NCBI GenBank assembly: GCA_963815215.1
Contig: CAWFFU010000004.1
Span: 128,001 to 192,000, forward strand
From: an uncultured Trueperaceae bacterium
GTDB taxonomy: Bacteria > Deinococcota > Deinococci > Deinococcales > Trueperaceae
DNA: 64,000 nt
Direction of reading: 5' to 3'
Part shown: piece by piece, positions 1 to 8,457 of the stretch
Layout: every line of letters begins with the position of its first letter
Position numbering within the stretch: position 1 is the stretch's first letter
Notes under the pieces: generated by a model
Told to the model about the DNA's origin: nothing
What the model saw: the letters and a program-made list of their open reading frames with translations, nothing else
Database searches by the model: none
Program-made: the position numbers and the translations under genes

Positions 1-671
1 GGGAGCGTGGTGTCGAGGAGGCCGAGCTCGTCGGCCAGCGCAACGCCGTGGCCGGCGGAGGGATCGAGGAGCACGAGGTCGAACTCGTCCCGGATGCGCT
101 CCCATGCCGGCGGAGCGTCCTCGCCCTCGGCCTGCCGGCGGGCCAGGCGGCGCACGGCGTCGCGGGTGGCGGCGTCGAACGTCAGGCCCAGGGTGGCGGC
201 GAGGCGCACGCCGCGCAGCGGACGCAGCGGGTCGTCGGCCAGGGAGGTCTCCGAGGTCATGCGCAGGCGCCGCGCCCGCAGGTCGCTCACGCCGCCGAGC
301 GGATCGTGGAGGCGGCCGTCGAGTCCGGCGGCCATGGCGTTGACGGTGAAATCGCGGCGGCGCAGGTCGTCCTCGAGGGTCCCCGTCAGCGGCGCGTAGT
401 CGCAGGTGAGCGCGTCCGCCGCCACCCGCCAGTGGCCGCGCTGCGGGTCCAGGGCGAAGGCGCTGGCGTTCTTCCCGGCGGCCGCCAGGGCGTCCGCGGC
501 GCGGTGCGCCTCGGCCTCCGGGCGCTCCACCAGCCAATCGACATCGTGAGGCTCGCGGCCTTCCAGGGCGTCGCGCACGGCGCCGCCCACCAGGTAGCCG
601 CTGCCGGGCAGCGGCGTAGACTGGGGCATGGCGATGCGCTCCGGTGACGACGAGCGACGCAGCCAGCGCAT
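1..671 (-). CDS. tRNA nucleotidyltransferase (CCA-adding) / poly(A) polymerase family protein; 3' end runs off the window
   Basis: Manual translation of the minus strand gives YLVGGAVRDALEGREPHDVDW, LEDDLRRRDFTVNAMA and DDPLRPLRGVRLA, the hallmark class II nucleotidyltransferase motifs. Start ATG at 671 (alternative 629). Absent from the ORF track because it has no stop inside the window. Confidence 0.88.
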   Translation of the reverse strand, partial: MRWLRRSSSPERIAMPQSTPLPGSGYLVGGAVRDALEGREPHDVDWLVERPEAEAHRAADALAAAGKNASAFALDPQRGHWRVAADALTCDYAPLTGTLEDDLRRRDFTVNAMAAGLDGRLHDPLGGVSDLRARRLRMTSETSLADDPLRPLRGVRLAATLGLTFDAATRDAVRRLARRQAEGEDAPPAWERIRDEFDLVLLDPSAGHGVALADELGLLDTTL

Positions 672-707
672 GGCTCCAATTACAGCACGAGCGTCCCGGG
701 ATCGCCG

Positions 708-1322
708 GTGAGCCTTCGCGTCGGCGTCACCGGCAACATCGGCTCCGGCAAGTCGAGCGTGGCCCGGCTACTGCAACAGCGGGGAGCGGCGCTCATCGAT
801 GCCGATGCGCTGGCGCGCGAGGCCACGGAGGACGCCGCCGTGCTCGCTGCCATCGTCCGCGACCTCGGCCCCGAGCTGGTGCGGGACGGTCGCCTGGACC
901 GCGCCGCCACCGCACGGCGGGTGTTCGACGATCCGGTCGCGCGCGGTCGTTTGAACGCCATCGTCCACCCCTGGGTGCGACGCGCGTCGGCCCGCCGCGC
1001 CGCGGCGCTGGAGGCCGCCGACCCTGCACCACCGATGATCGTGTTCGACATCCCGCTTCTCTACGAGAACGGGCTGGAGCGCGGCATGGACGTCGTGGTG
1101 GTGGTGAACGCGCCACTCGAGCCGCGGCTGGCACGGGTGCGTGACCGCAGCGGTCTCGACGCCGCGGAGGTCCGTGCCCGAGACGGCGCTCAGATGCCGC
1201 TCCCGGACAAGATGGCGCGCGCCGACTTCGTGGTGGACAACAGTGGCTCGCCGGAGGCGCTGCACGACCGGGTCGACTCGCTGTGGCGCACGCTGCTCGA
1301 GCGTTCGGCGCAGCAGACCTGA
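708..1322 (+). CDS. coaE: Dephospho-CoA kinase
   Basis: VGVTGNIGSGKS P-loop, IDADALARE, LNAIVHPWV, DIPLLYE, ADFVVDNSGS. Confidence 0.95.
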   Translation: MSLRVGVTGNIGSGKSSVARLLQQRGAALIDADALAREATEDAAVLAAIVRDLGPELVRDGRLDRAATARRVFDDPVARGRLNAIVHPWVRRASARRAAALEAADPAPPMIVFDIPLLYENGLERGMDVVVVVNAPLEPRLARVRDRSGLDAAEVRARDGAQMPLPDKMARADFVVDNSGSPEALHDRVDSLWRTLLERSAQQT

Positions 1323-1390
1323 TCCGTCCGGGCCGGGGCGCGGCCGCGTCGGCCATGGTCCGCTACGACGGCTGCCGCTCCCAAGCGAGC

Positions 1391-1427
1391 GGGCGGCCGC
1401 CCCTTTCTCATGTCGGGGCGGCCGCCC
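1391..1427. terminator. GC-rich hairpin between convergent genes (putative bidirectional terminator)
   Basis: gggcggccgcccc-N11-ggggcggccgccc perfect 13-bp stem between coaE and the convergent exported-protein gene; weak U tracts. Confidence 0.5.
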
Positions 1428-1483
1428 GTTACCTTCGGATCAACGGCGCAGCGTTCGGGGCGCTCGCCGGAGCGCCCGGGCGC

Positions 1484-3253
1484 CTACCAGCTCACCTGCG
1501 TCAGGCCGCGGCTGGTGACGGTGCCGCCCGAGGTCTGCTGGTAGCTGTAGCTACCACCGAGGTGGGCGGCGACGAAGTCGAGGAACTTCTGGAGGGCGTC
1601 GGTGGCGACCTTCACCTTGGCGATGTCGAGGTTCTGCGATCCGCTCATGCCTGCGAAGGTCTGCACGCCCGTGACCAGCGAGGCGCTGGAGTTCTGCATG
1701 GTGGCCTTGGCGTCGGTCACCGAGAAGCTGTGGGCTCCCGCGGGCACCTTGGCGCGCATGCCGGCGAGGGTGGCAGGCATGGAGCCGCCGCTCTGCGCCG
1801 CCTGCAGTACGTCATCCAACGCTTTGGCGCTGGTGCCGATGAAGGCGTGGCCCTTCGCCACGGCGTAGGACAGCTTCACGGTCGGGGCCAGCGTCATGGT
1901 GGTCACCGTCACGCCGCCCGCCTGATGCGTGTCGGTCGAGGGCGCGGCGGCTTTGCCGGAGGTGTTGCTGAGGCCGGCGGCCTGCGTGCCGAGCTTGGTG
2001 AACAGGTCGCTCAAGCCCTTGGCCGCCGCCGCGTCGTCCTTGCTCTTCAACACGAACACGGTGGAGCCGAGCACGTCGCTGCTGGGCATTCCCGCTTGTA
2101 GCGGTGCCGGCGAGGGGGTCGAGACGATGGCCACGTTGCCGGCCGACCAGTCGAAGAGGTCGGCCTTGAGGTCGACGCCGACCATGGCCTGGACGAACTG
2201 GTTCAGATCGGTCACGCCGAGTTGCGGGACGCTGGCGACGAGGCCGCCGAGGAAATCCCACCATGCGCCCAGGTCGACGGCGCTGCTGTTGACGCTCAGC
2301 GCGTCGGACGGGGTGAAGCCCAGAGGGTCGGTCGAGGCCGGTGTGGACGACGACAGCAGGGCGTACAGGGCCGGGTCCTTGTCGGACGGGCCCAGCTTGC
2401 GGATGCTGTGCGTCTCGGTGCCGCCGGCCGTGAAGACGGTGACCCCACCGCTGGTGCCGAGGGTCGTCAGGGCGTTGGCGAGGCGTTGGGCCAACGCGTC
2501 CATGCCCTGCGCGTTGAGCAACGGCTGCGCCAGCGAGGCGACCGGGGCGAGGTCGGTGTAGGTCACGATGTTACCGTTCCCGACGGCGCCGAGCGTGGCC
2601 TTGTAGCCCGCGCTGTCGGTGAAGGAGGGCTCGCTGGCCCCTTGCTGCCGGCGGAGCACGCCGCGCACCGCGTCGGGGTTGTTCGACACGGTGACGAGTG
2701 CGCCGTCCTGCGCGTAGGCGAACTGCGTGGTGTTGCCGTTGCCGTTGCCGTTGTCGACGGTGGCGACGTAGAAGGCGACCTTGCCTTCGGTGAGCTTCTG
2801 CACCTCGGGTTTGGCGGCCTCCTTGGCGAGCATGGCGGAGAACGCCTTCTGCGCCTTGGCATCGACGTTGGCAACGAAGATCACGGCCGGGATCGGGTTG
2901 CCCTGGCGCAGGGCGACCGCCAGGTACGCCTCGTTGCCCAGGATGTCGAGCGCGCCGAGCCCCTTCAACTCCGCCGGCAGCTGACCGACGTCGGGCAGCT
3001 TGGCGGACTTCTGAGCCTGCTTCTCGGTCGATGCGAAGGCGTCCTGGAAGGCCTTCGCAACGCCCAGCCGCTCGAACTCGTCGATGAACGGCTGGATCTT
3101 GGCCTGCTGGCCACTGAGTCCCTGGACCCCGATGGCGGCGACCGTGTCGGCCGGCAGCAGGGAACGCAGCGACTGGGCCAACGCGCCCGAGAAGGCTGCG
3201 AGGACCAGGGCGACGAAGACGGTGGTGACGAATCCGGTGGTGAGGCGCTTCAT
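1484..3253 (-). CDS. Exported protein (589 aa), DUF3352-like
   Basis: GGAGG RBS before ATG 3253; signal peptide ending ALA-Q, then SLLPADTVAAI and a second PLGFTPSDALSV repeat, typical of DUF3352-like proteins. The upstream extension in the ORF track is spurious. Confidence 0.65.
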   Translation of the reverse strand: MKRLTTGFVTTVFVALVLAAFSGALAQSLRSLLPADTVAAIGVQGLSGQQAKIQPFIDEFERLGVAKAFQDAFASTEKQAQKSAKLPDVGQLPAELKGLGALDILGNEAYLAVALRQGNPIPAVIFVANVDAKAQKAFSAMLAKEAAKPEVQKLTEGKVAFYVATVDNGNGNGNTTQFAYAQDGALVTVSNNPDAVRGVLRRQQGASEPSFTDSAGYKATLGAVGNGNIVTYTDLAPVASLAQPLLNAQGMDALAQRLANALTTLGTSGGVTVFTAGGTETHSIRKLGPSDKDPALYALLSSSTPASTDPLGFTPSDALSVNSSAVDLGAWWDFLGGLVASVPQLGVTDLNQFVQAMVGVDLKADLFDWSAGNVAIVSTPSPAPLQAGMPSSDVLGSTVFVLKSKDDAAAAKGLSDLFTKLGTQAAGLSNTSGKAAAPSTDTHQAGGVTVTTMTLAPTVKLSYAVAKGHAFIGTSAKALDDVLQAAQSGGSMPATLAGMRAKVPAGAHSFSVTDAKATMQNSSASLVTGVQTFAGMSGSQNLDIAKVKVATDALQKFLDFVAAHLGGSYSYQQTSGGTVTSRGLTQVSW

Positions 3254-3447
3254 GAGACCTCCGCTGGGGTGTCGACGTGACCTCGGCGACATGACCATGG
3301 CGCCGTGCGTCACGGCGCGTTCCCAACTACTATACGGGCCGCCGCGGAGCAGACCGGGGGCGTGTGTCGCATCGCACGTCCCCTTCGATGCCCGGGGCGG
3401 TCGTACGCCAGGGGAGCGCGCCAGACGCGCTCCCCTGGCCGTGGTCG

Positions 3448-5475
3448 TCAGGCCCGGCGGGCCCGGCTCAGGCTCTCGCGGGCGGCCTCGACGACGTGCT
3501 CCGGGGTGAAGCCGTACTCCTTCATCAAGCGGCCACCCGGCGCTGACTGCCCGAAGCGGTCGATGCCCAGGATGACGCCGGCGTCGCCCGCGTAGCGTTC
3601 CCAGCCGAGCGAGGCGCCGGCCTCCACGGTGACGCGCGCACGCACCGAGCGCGGCATCACCGACTCGCGGTAGTCGGCGTCCTGGGCCTCGAACCACTCC
3701 CAGCTCGGGAGGCTGATGACGCGGGCGCGAACGCCCTGTTGTGCCAGCACGGTCTGCGCTTCGAGGCACAGGGACACCTCGGAGCCGGTGGCGATGAGGA
3801 GCGCGTCGGGCGTGCCGTCGCCGTCCTCGCGCGAGAGCACGTACCCGCCTCTGGCCACGCTGCCGTCGGGCACGTCGAGCGCGGGCACGTTCTGGCGGGT
3901 GAAGGCGAAGGCCACGGGGCCGGTGGGGTGCCGCATCGCCGCCGCCCAGGCCTGCGCCGTCTCGTTGGGATCGGCCGGGCGGACCAGCGTGAGGTTGGGG
4001 ATCGCGCGCAACGCCATGAGCTGGGCGATCGGCTGGTGGGTGGGGCCGTCGCCTCCGAGCGCGATGCTGTCGTGCGTGAACACGTAGAGCACGCGCTGTC
4101 CCATCAGTGCCGACAGCCTCAGAGCGGGGCGCAGGTAGTCGGAGAAGATCAGGAAGGTGGCCACGAACGGGCGCACCCCGCCGTGCAGGGCGAGCCCGTT
4201 GCCGATGGCGGCCATGGCGTGCTCGCGGATGCCGAAGTGGATGATGCGGCCGCCCATCGCGCGCGGCGCGATGGCGGCGGCGCCTTCGATGTCGGTGTAG
4301 TTGGAGCCGGCAAGATCGGCCGAGCCGCCGATCAGCTCGGGGACGCGCGGCGCCAGGCCGTTGATCGCCTTCTGCGAGGCCTTGCGGGTCGCCAGCTGCG
4401 TGCCCGGCTCGAAGGTCGGCAGGTCGGCGTCGAAGCCCTCCGGAAGGTCACCGGACAGGGTCCGCTCGAGTTCGGCGGCGAGGTCGGGGTGCGCCGCGCG
4501 GTAGCGCTCCATGAGCGCCTCCCACGCCTGCTCGGCGCGCTGCCCCTCCTCCCGGGCGGACCGGTAGTGCTCCGCGACGTCATCGGGAACGGTGAACGGA
4601 GCCCAGTCGATGGCGAGGTTGCGCTTGGCGGCCTCCGCTTCCTCGTCGCCCAGGACGGAGCCGTGCACGGCCGAGGTGCCCTGCTTGTGGGGAGCGCCGA
4701 AGCCGATGACGCTGCGCACGGCGATGAAGCTCGGGCGCAGCGCCTCGCGCCGGGCCTCGGCCACAGCGGCCTGCAAGGCTGCGACGTCGTTGGCATCGTC
4801 GACCGACTGCACGTGCCAGCCGTAGGCGCGGTAGCGCTCCTGGACGTCCTCGGTGAAGGTGATGTCGGTCGAGCCGTCGATGGAGATGCCGTTGTCGTCG
4901 TACAGCACGATCAGCTTGCCGAGCCCGAGGTGGCCGGCGAAGGACGACGCCTCCCCGGAGACGCCCTCCATGAGATCACCGTCGGAAGCGATCACGTAGG
5001 TGTGGTGGTCGATGACCTCGAAGCCGGGCCGGTTGAAGCGAGCGGCCAGGTGGGCCTCCGCAAGCGCCATGCCGACCGCGGTGCTGATGCCCTGCCCGAG
5101 CGGTCCGGTGGTCGTCTCGACGCCGGGGGTGTGGCCGTACTCCGGGTGTCCGGGCGTCTTGCTCCCCCATTGACGGTAGCGTTCGAGCTCGGCCATCGGC
5201 AGGTCGTAACCCGTCAGGTGCAGCAGGCTGTACTGGAGCATGGAGCCGTGACCCGCCGACTGCACGTAGCGGTCGCGGTCGGGCCAGGAGGGGTTGCTCG
5301 GGTTGTGCTTCATCACGTGGCGGTACAGCACGTAGCCGACCGGGGCCATGCCCATCGGCATGCCCGGGTGGCCGTCGCCCGCCGCCTGGGTGGCGTCGAT
5401 GACGAGCGCTCGGATGGCGTTGATCGCACGCTGCTGGAGCGTGTCGCTGCTGTCCTTGGTGGTGACGTCGGTCAT
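3448..5475 (-). CDS. tkt: Transketolase
   Basis: [66 protein letters not shown]. Confidence 0.97.
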   Translation of the reverse strand: MTDVTTKDSSDTLQQRAINAIRALVIDATQAAGDGHPGMPMGMAPVGYVLYRHVMKHNPSNPSWPDRDRYVQSAGHGSMLQYSLLHLTGYDLPMAELERYRQWGSKTPGHPEYGHTPGVETTTGPLGQGISTAVGMALAEAHLAARFNRPGFEVIDHHTYVIASDGDLMEGVSGEASSFAGHLGLGKLIVLYDDNGISIDGSTDITFTEDVQERYRAYGWHVQSVDDANDVAALQAAVAEARREALRPSFIAVRSVIGFGAPHKQGTSAVHGSVLGDEEAEAAKRNLAIDWAPFTVPDDVAEHYRSAREEGQRAEQAWEALMERYRAAHPDLAAELERTLSGDLPEGFDADLPTFEPGTQLATRKASQKAINGLAPRVPELIGGSADLAGSNYTDIEGAAAIAPRAMGGRIIHFGIREHAMAAIGNGLALHGGVRPFVATFLIFSDYLRPALRLSALMGQRVLYVFTHDSIALGGDGPTHQPIAQLMALRAIPNLTLVRPADPNETAQAWAAAMRHPTGPVAFAFTRQNVPALDVPDGSVARGGYVLSREDGDGTPDALLIATGSEVSLCLEAQTVLAQQGVRARVISLPSWEWFEAQDADYRESVMPRSVRARVTVEAGASLGWERYAGDAGVILGIDRFGQSAPGGRLMKEYGFTPEHVVEAARESLSRARRA

Positions 5476-5589
5476 GCTGCCTCCTCGTCGGGACGCGGGG
5501 CCAGACCGCTCCCGACCGACCCACCATAGCAGCGGCGGTCCGGGACGCAGGTCACGTCGTCCACGCGTTCCTGAGCGGTGGCGTGGTTC

Positions 5590-6093
5590 TCAGGCCGTGC
5601 CTTCCGCGGCGTCCCCCTTGCGCTCGCGTCGCCGCAGGATGTCCTGGCGGACGCGCTCGCCGGTCTCCCAGTGACGCTTCTCCAGCGCGGTCTCCACCCG
5701 GAGCTGTGGCACGGGGGTGGGCCGGCCGTCCTCGCCGATGGCCACGAAGTTGAGGTGGCCGATGGTACACAGCCGGCGCTCGCCGGTGATGGGGTTCTCA
5801 CCGTGCACCTCGCTGCGCACGATCATGCTGGTCCTCCCCGTCCAGGCGACGCGGCTCTTGAGCTCGACGATCTCGCCGACATAGATGGGGTTGCGGAAGT
5901 CGACCGGCTCGGTCGAAGCCGTCACCGATGCCTGACGGCAGAAACGCACGCAGGCGACGCTGGCGTTGATGTCCATCCACTGCAGCACCACTCCGCCGAA
6001 GAGGGTACCGAGCGGGTTGACCTGGTTCGGGAACACCGTGTCGACGGTGACCACCCAGTCGGACACACGGATCTCGCTGGGATCGATGGGCAC
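5590..6093 (-). CDS. Acyl-CoA thioesterase (hotdog fold, YciA-like)
   Basis: VFPNQVNPLGTLFGGVVLQWMD and VDFRNPIYVGEIV motifs; GTG 6093 lies 6 nt behind TATACT (leaderless). Confidence 0.9.
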   Translation of the reverse strand: MPIDPSEIRVSDWVVTVDTVFPNQVNPLGTLFGGVVLQWMDINASVACVRFCRQASVTASTEPVDFRNPIYVGEIVELKSRVAWTGRTSMIVRSEVHGENPITGERRLCTIGHLNFVAIGEDGRPTPVPQLRVETALEKRHWETGERVRQDILRRRERKGDAAEGTA

Positions 6094-6098
6094 GGTTT

Positions 6099-6150
6099 CA
6101 GTATAGGGGGGCCAGTATAGGGGGGCCAGTACAGGGGGCCAGTACAGAGG
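6099..6150. repeat. Tandem repeat, ~4 copies of a 13-14 bp unit CAGTA(T/C)AG(n)C containing a -10 box on the minus strand
   Basis: cagtataggggggc cagtataggggggc cagtacagggggc cagtacagagg read directly. Confidence 0.9.
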
Positions 6151-6236
6151 CGCGCGCCCCCGGCGTTCGCGTTGGCCCCTTGTATACTCGGCGGCGACGC
6201 GGGAGCACCACCCCCGCGGCTCGTGGAGGTCGAACC

Positions 6237-6824
6237 ATGGCAAGCCGAGCGCTCTCGACGACGCTCATCGAACGGATCCTTCCCGACCGGCGAGACCGCA
6301 GCGCCTTGCGGGCTGCGCTCCAGGTCGTGGTCGGCGTGGCCTTCCTGGCCGCGTTGGCGCAGGTGCGGCTCCAGCTCGGGCCGGTGCCCTTCACCGGCCA
6401 GACGCTCGGCGTGCTGCTCCTGGGCACCGCTTACGGCCTCGGCCTCGGCACGCTCACTACTGCGGCCTACGTGGCGCTGGGCGCGCTCGGCCTGCCGCTT
6501 TTCACCGGCTGGCAGGGGGGCCTCGCCCACCTGATGGGACCGACCGGCGGCTACCTGATCGGCTTCGTGCTGGCGTCGGCGCTGCTGGGCGGGCTGGCCC
6601 GACGCGGTTGGGATCGCAGCTACGGGCGTACGGTCGCGGCCATGCTGCTGGCCGAGCTCGCTATCTACCTGCCGGGGCTGCTGTGGTTGCACGGCGTGCT
6701 GGGCGGGAGCTGGGCGCAGACGCTGGCGTTGGGACTGGTGCCGTTCCTGATCGGGGACGCGATCAAGATGCTGCTGGCCGTCGGCCTGCTGCCGAGCGCC
6801 TGGCGGGCGCTGGGCGAGCGCTGA
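6237..6824 (+). CDS. bioY: Biotin transporter S-component BioY
   Basis: GGAGG RBS; PVPFTGQTLGVLL, GLPLFTG, GPTGGYLIGF, PFLIGDAIK. Confidence 0.93.
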   Translation: MASRALSTTLIERILPDRRDRSALRAALQVVVGVAFLAALAQVRLQLGPVPFTGQTLGVLLLGTAYGLGLGTLTTAAYVALGALGLPLFTGWQGGLAHLMGPTGGYLIGFVLASALLGGLARRGWDRSYGRTVAAMLLAELAIYLPGLLWLHGVLGGSWAQTLALGLVPFLIGDAIKMLLAVGLLPSAWRALGER

Positions 6825-6843
6825 GCGGGCGCTGAGCGGGGGG

Positions 6844-7728
6844 ATGGCGAAGCGCGACGCAGACCCCGATTCCGGGGCGCAGGCCGACGCGGGTGCCTCG
6901 ACCGATGCGGTCGACGAGGTGGCTGTGGCGCGAACGCAGCAGCGCGCGCGAACGCGCTTCGCGGCGTCGGCACAGGCGTACGTGACGAGCGTCTCGCACG
7001 CCAGGGGGGACGAGCTGCCGCGTCTGGTGGAGGCGGCTCGCTCGCGCCTGGGTGACCTTGCGGGGCGCCGCGCGCTCGACGTCGCCACCGGCGGCGGGCA
7101 CACGGCACGAACCCTGGCGGTGGCCGGCGCGCATGTCACCGTCTCCGACCTGACGCCCGAGATGCTGGCCGCAGCCGAGGCGCACCTGCGCGAGGCCGTG
7201 CCGGCCGCGGCGTTGACGTTCGTGGTGGCCGCAGCCGAAGCGCTGCCGTTCGACGACGGTGCGTTCGAGGTCGTGAGCTGCCGCATCGCGGCGCACCACT
7301 TCGGCGACCCGCGTGCCTTCCTGGCCGAGGCGCGGCGCGTGCTGGCGCCGGGCGGGGTGCTCCTGCTGGTGGACAACGTGGCGCCGGAGAACCCGCGGCT
7401 GGGCGAGGCGATGAACGAGGTCGAGCGCCTGCGCGACCCGAGCCACGTCGAGGCCTACCGGGTGTCCACCTGGACGGGTTGGCTGGGGGAGGCGGGGTTG
7501 GAGCCGTACCTGCTCGAGCGCTTCTGGCGCGTCAAGCCGCTGGCCTCGTGGCTGCGGCGGGCCGACACCTCACCGGAGAGCGAGACGGCGCTGCGGGCGT
7601 TGCTCGAGGGTGCCGACGAGGCGGTGCGGCGCTACCTGATCGCGCCGGACGCCGGGGCGGGCAGGGCGTCCGAGCCCGAGCTCCGGCACGAGGTCATGCT
7701 GCTGGCCGCGTCCGCGGGACCGGCCTGA
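6844..7728 (+). CDS. Class I SAM-dependent methyltransferase (UbiE/Methyltransf_11-like)
   Basis: ALDVATGGGH motif I, AEALPFDDGAFEVV, AAHHF, RVLAPGG. Confidence 0.9.
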   Translation: MAKRDADPDSGAQADAGASTDAVDEVAVARTQQRARTRFAASAQAYVTSVSHARGDELPRLVEAARSRLGDLAGRRALDVATGGGHTARTLAVAGAHVTVSDLTPEMLAAAEAHLREAVPAAALTFVVAAAEALPFDDGAFEVVSCRIAAHHFGDPRAFLAEARRVLAPGGVLLLVDNVAPENPRLGEAMNEVERLRDPSHVEAYRVSTWTGWLGEAGLEPYLLERFWRVKPLASWLRRADTSPESETALRALLEGADEAVRRYLIAPDAGAGRASEPELRHEVMLLAASAGPA

Positions 7729-7821
7729 GCCGACGTCGCCGCGACGGCGCGCTGTGTCCGGGCGTACCGAACGACGGAAACGCGCCCCCCAGCCTGAGCC
7801 GGGGAGCGCGCCGGTAACCCG

Positions 7822-7945
7822 CCAGAATCTCGAGGGAACCCTGAGGTTCCTTCTGAACTCAAGAAGGCGGTCCTGAGTTACCCTCGACGGGTACCTCCAC
7901 TGGTCTCTTTACTCGTATGTATTAGGACCACCTCCTTTCCGTGGT
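7822..7945 (-). ncRNA. Candidate structured small RNA (unassigned family)
   Basis: TTTAAA-17nt-TATATT promoter puts +1 at ~7945, exactly where the hairpin ACCAC/GUGGU starts; further hairpins UACCC/GGGUA, AACUCAGGA/UCUUGAGUU, GGAACC/GGUUCC inside CAGAA/UUCUG; no well-spaced canonical start after its SD. Confidence 0.45.
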
Positions 7946-8130
7946 GCGTCCAATATACTCCTGGCTCGAAGCAATTTAAAGCGGTGTTGCTGCAATTTAA
8001 CGTGGTGTTGGGAGCAATTAGACAGGGATCTAGAGATTAGGGGTGCTCGGGTTCTGGACTTCCCAGACGCTGAGGGTCGTGCGTTCGCCCTGGTTGTGGT
8101 TGCTGGATGTCGCTTCAGGTCCAAGGAGGT

Positions 8131-8155
8131 CAGGTTCGAGTCCTGCGCGTCCCAC
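8131..8155 (+). other. Isolated tRNA 3'-end fragment (T-arm plus acceptor 3' strand, tRNA-Lys-like); possible att-site scar
   Basis: caggTTCGAgtcctg-cgcgtcccac resembles tRNA-Lys 3' ends (GCAGGTTCGAATCCTGCACGACCCACCA); no D-arm or anticodon arm upstream. Confidence 0.55.
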
Positions 8156-8457
8156 TTCAGCTTGGCGGAGCATCCTTGAGGGCACGGTCTAGGACTTGCG
8201 CATTGCGCGTCGAGCGCGACATGACGTCTTCGGATCGCTCGACAGGGCGCGGGTGACTGCGTCCTTCATTAGGTCTAGAACTCGCTCGTGAACCGTCCTG
8301 AGTTCTGTGGACGCCTTCATGTTTCGCAAGCTGCCCAAGCACGTCCAACCGAGATCCGGGCCGTACCGTCGGGTGCGGCCCCCTTGGTTGCCGGAGTGGT
8401 GTGCCGGAGGTGGGTCCTAGGGATCGAGTCTGCCCCGCGCGGGGCGATCGGGGAGCG

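Noticed and set aside
6099..6150. CRISPR array
   Set aside because: Units are 13-14 bp, directly adjacent, with no spacers and no cas genes
7925..7940. 16S rRNA gene 3' end (ggaccacctcctttc)
   Set aside because: No helix 44/45 or other rRNA sequence around it; treated as an extended SD-like motif on the minus strand
8085..8160. Intact tRNA gene
   Set aside because: No D-arm, anticodon arm or matching 5' acceptor strand, and no CCA
8157..8348. Short ORFs next to the tRNA fragment (also 7909-8124)
   Set aside because: No RBS, motif or integrase/transposase similarity recognisable by eye
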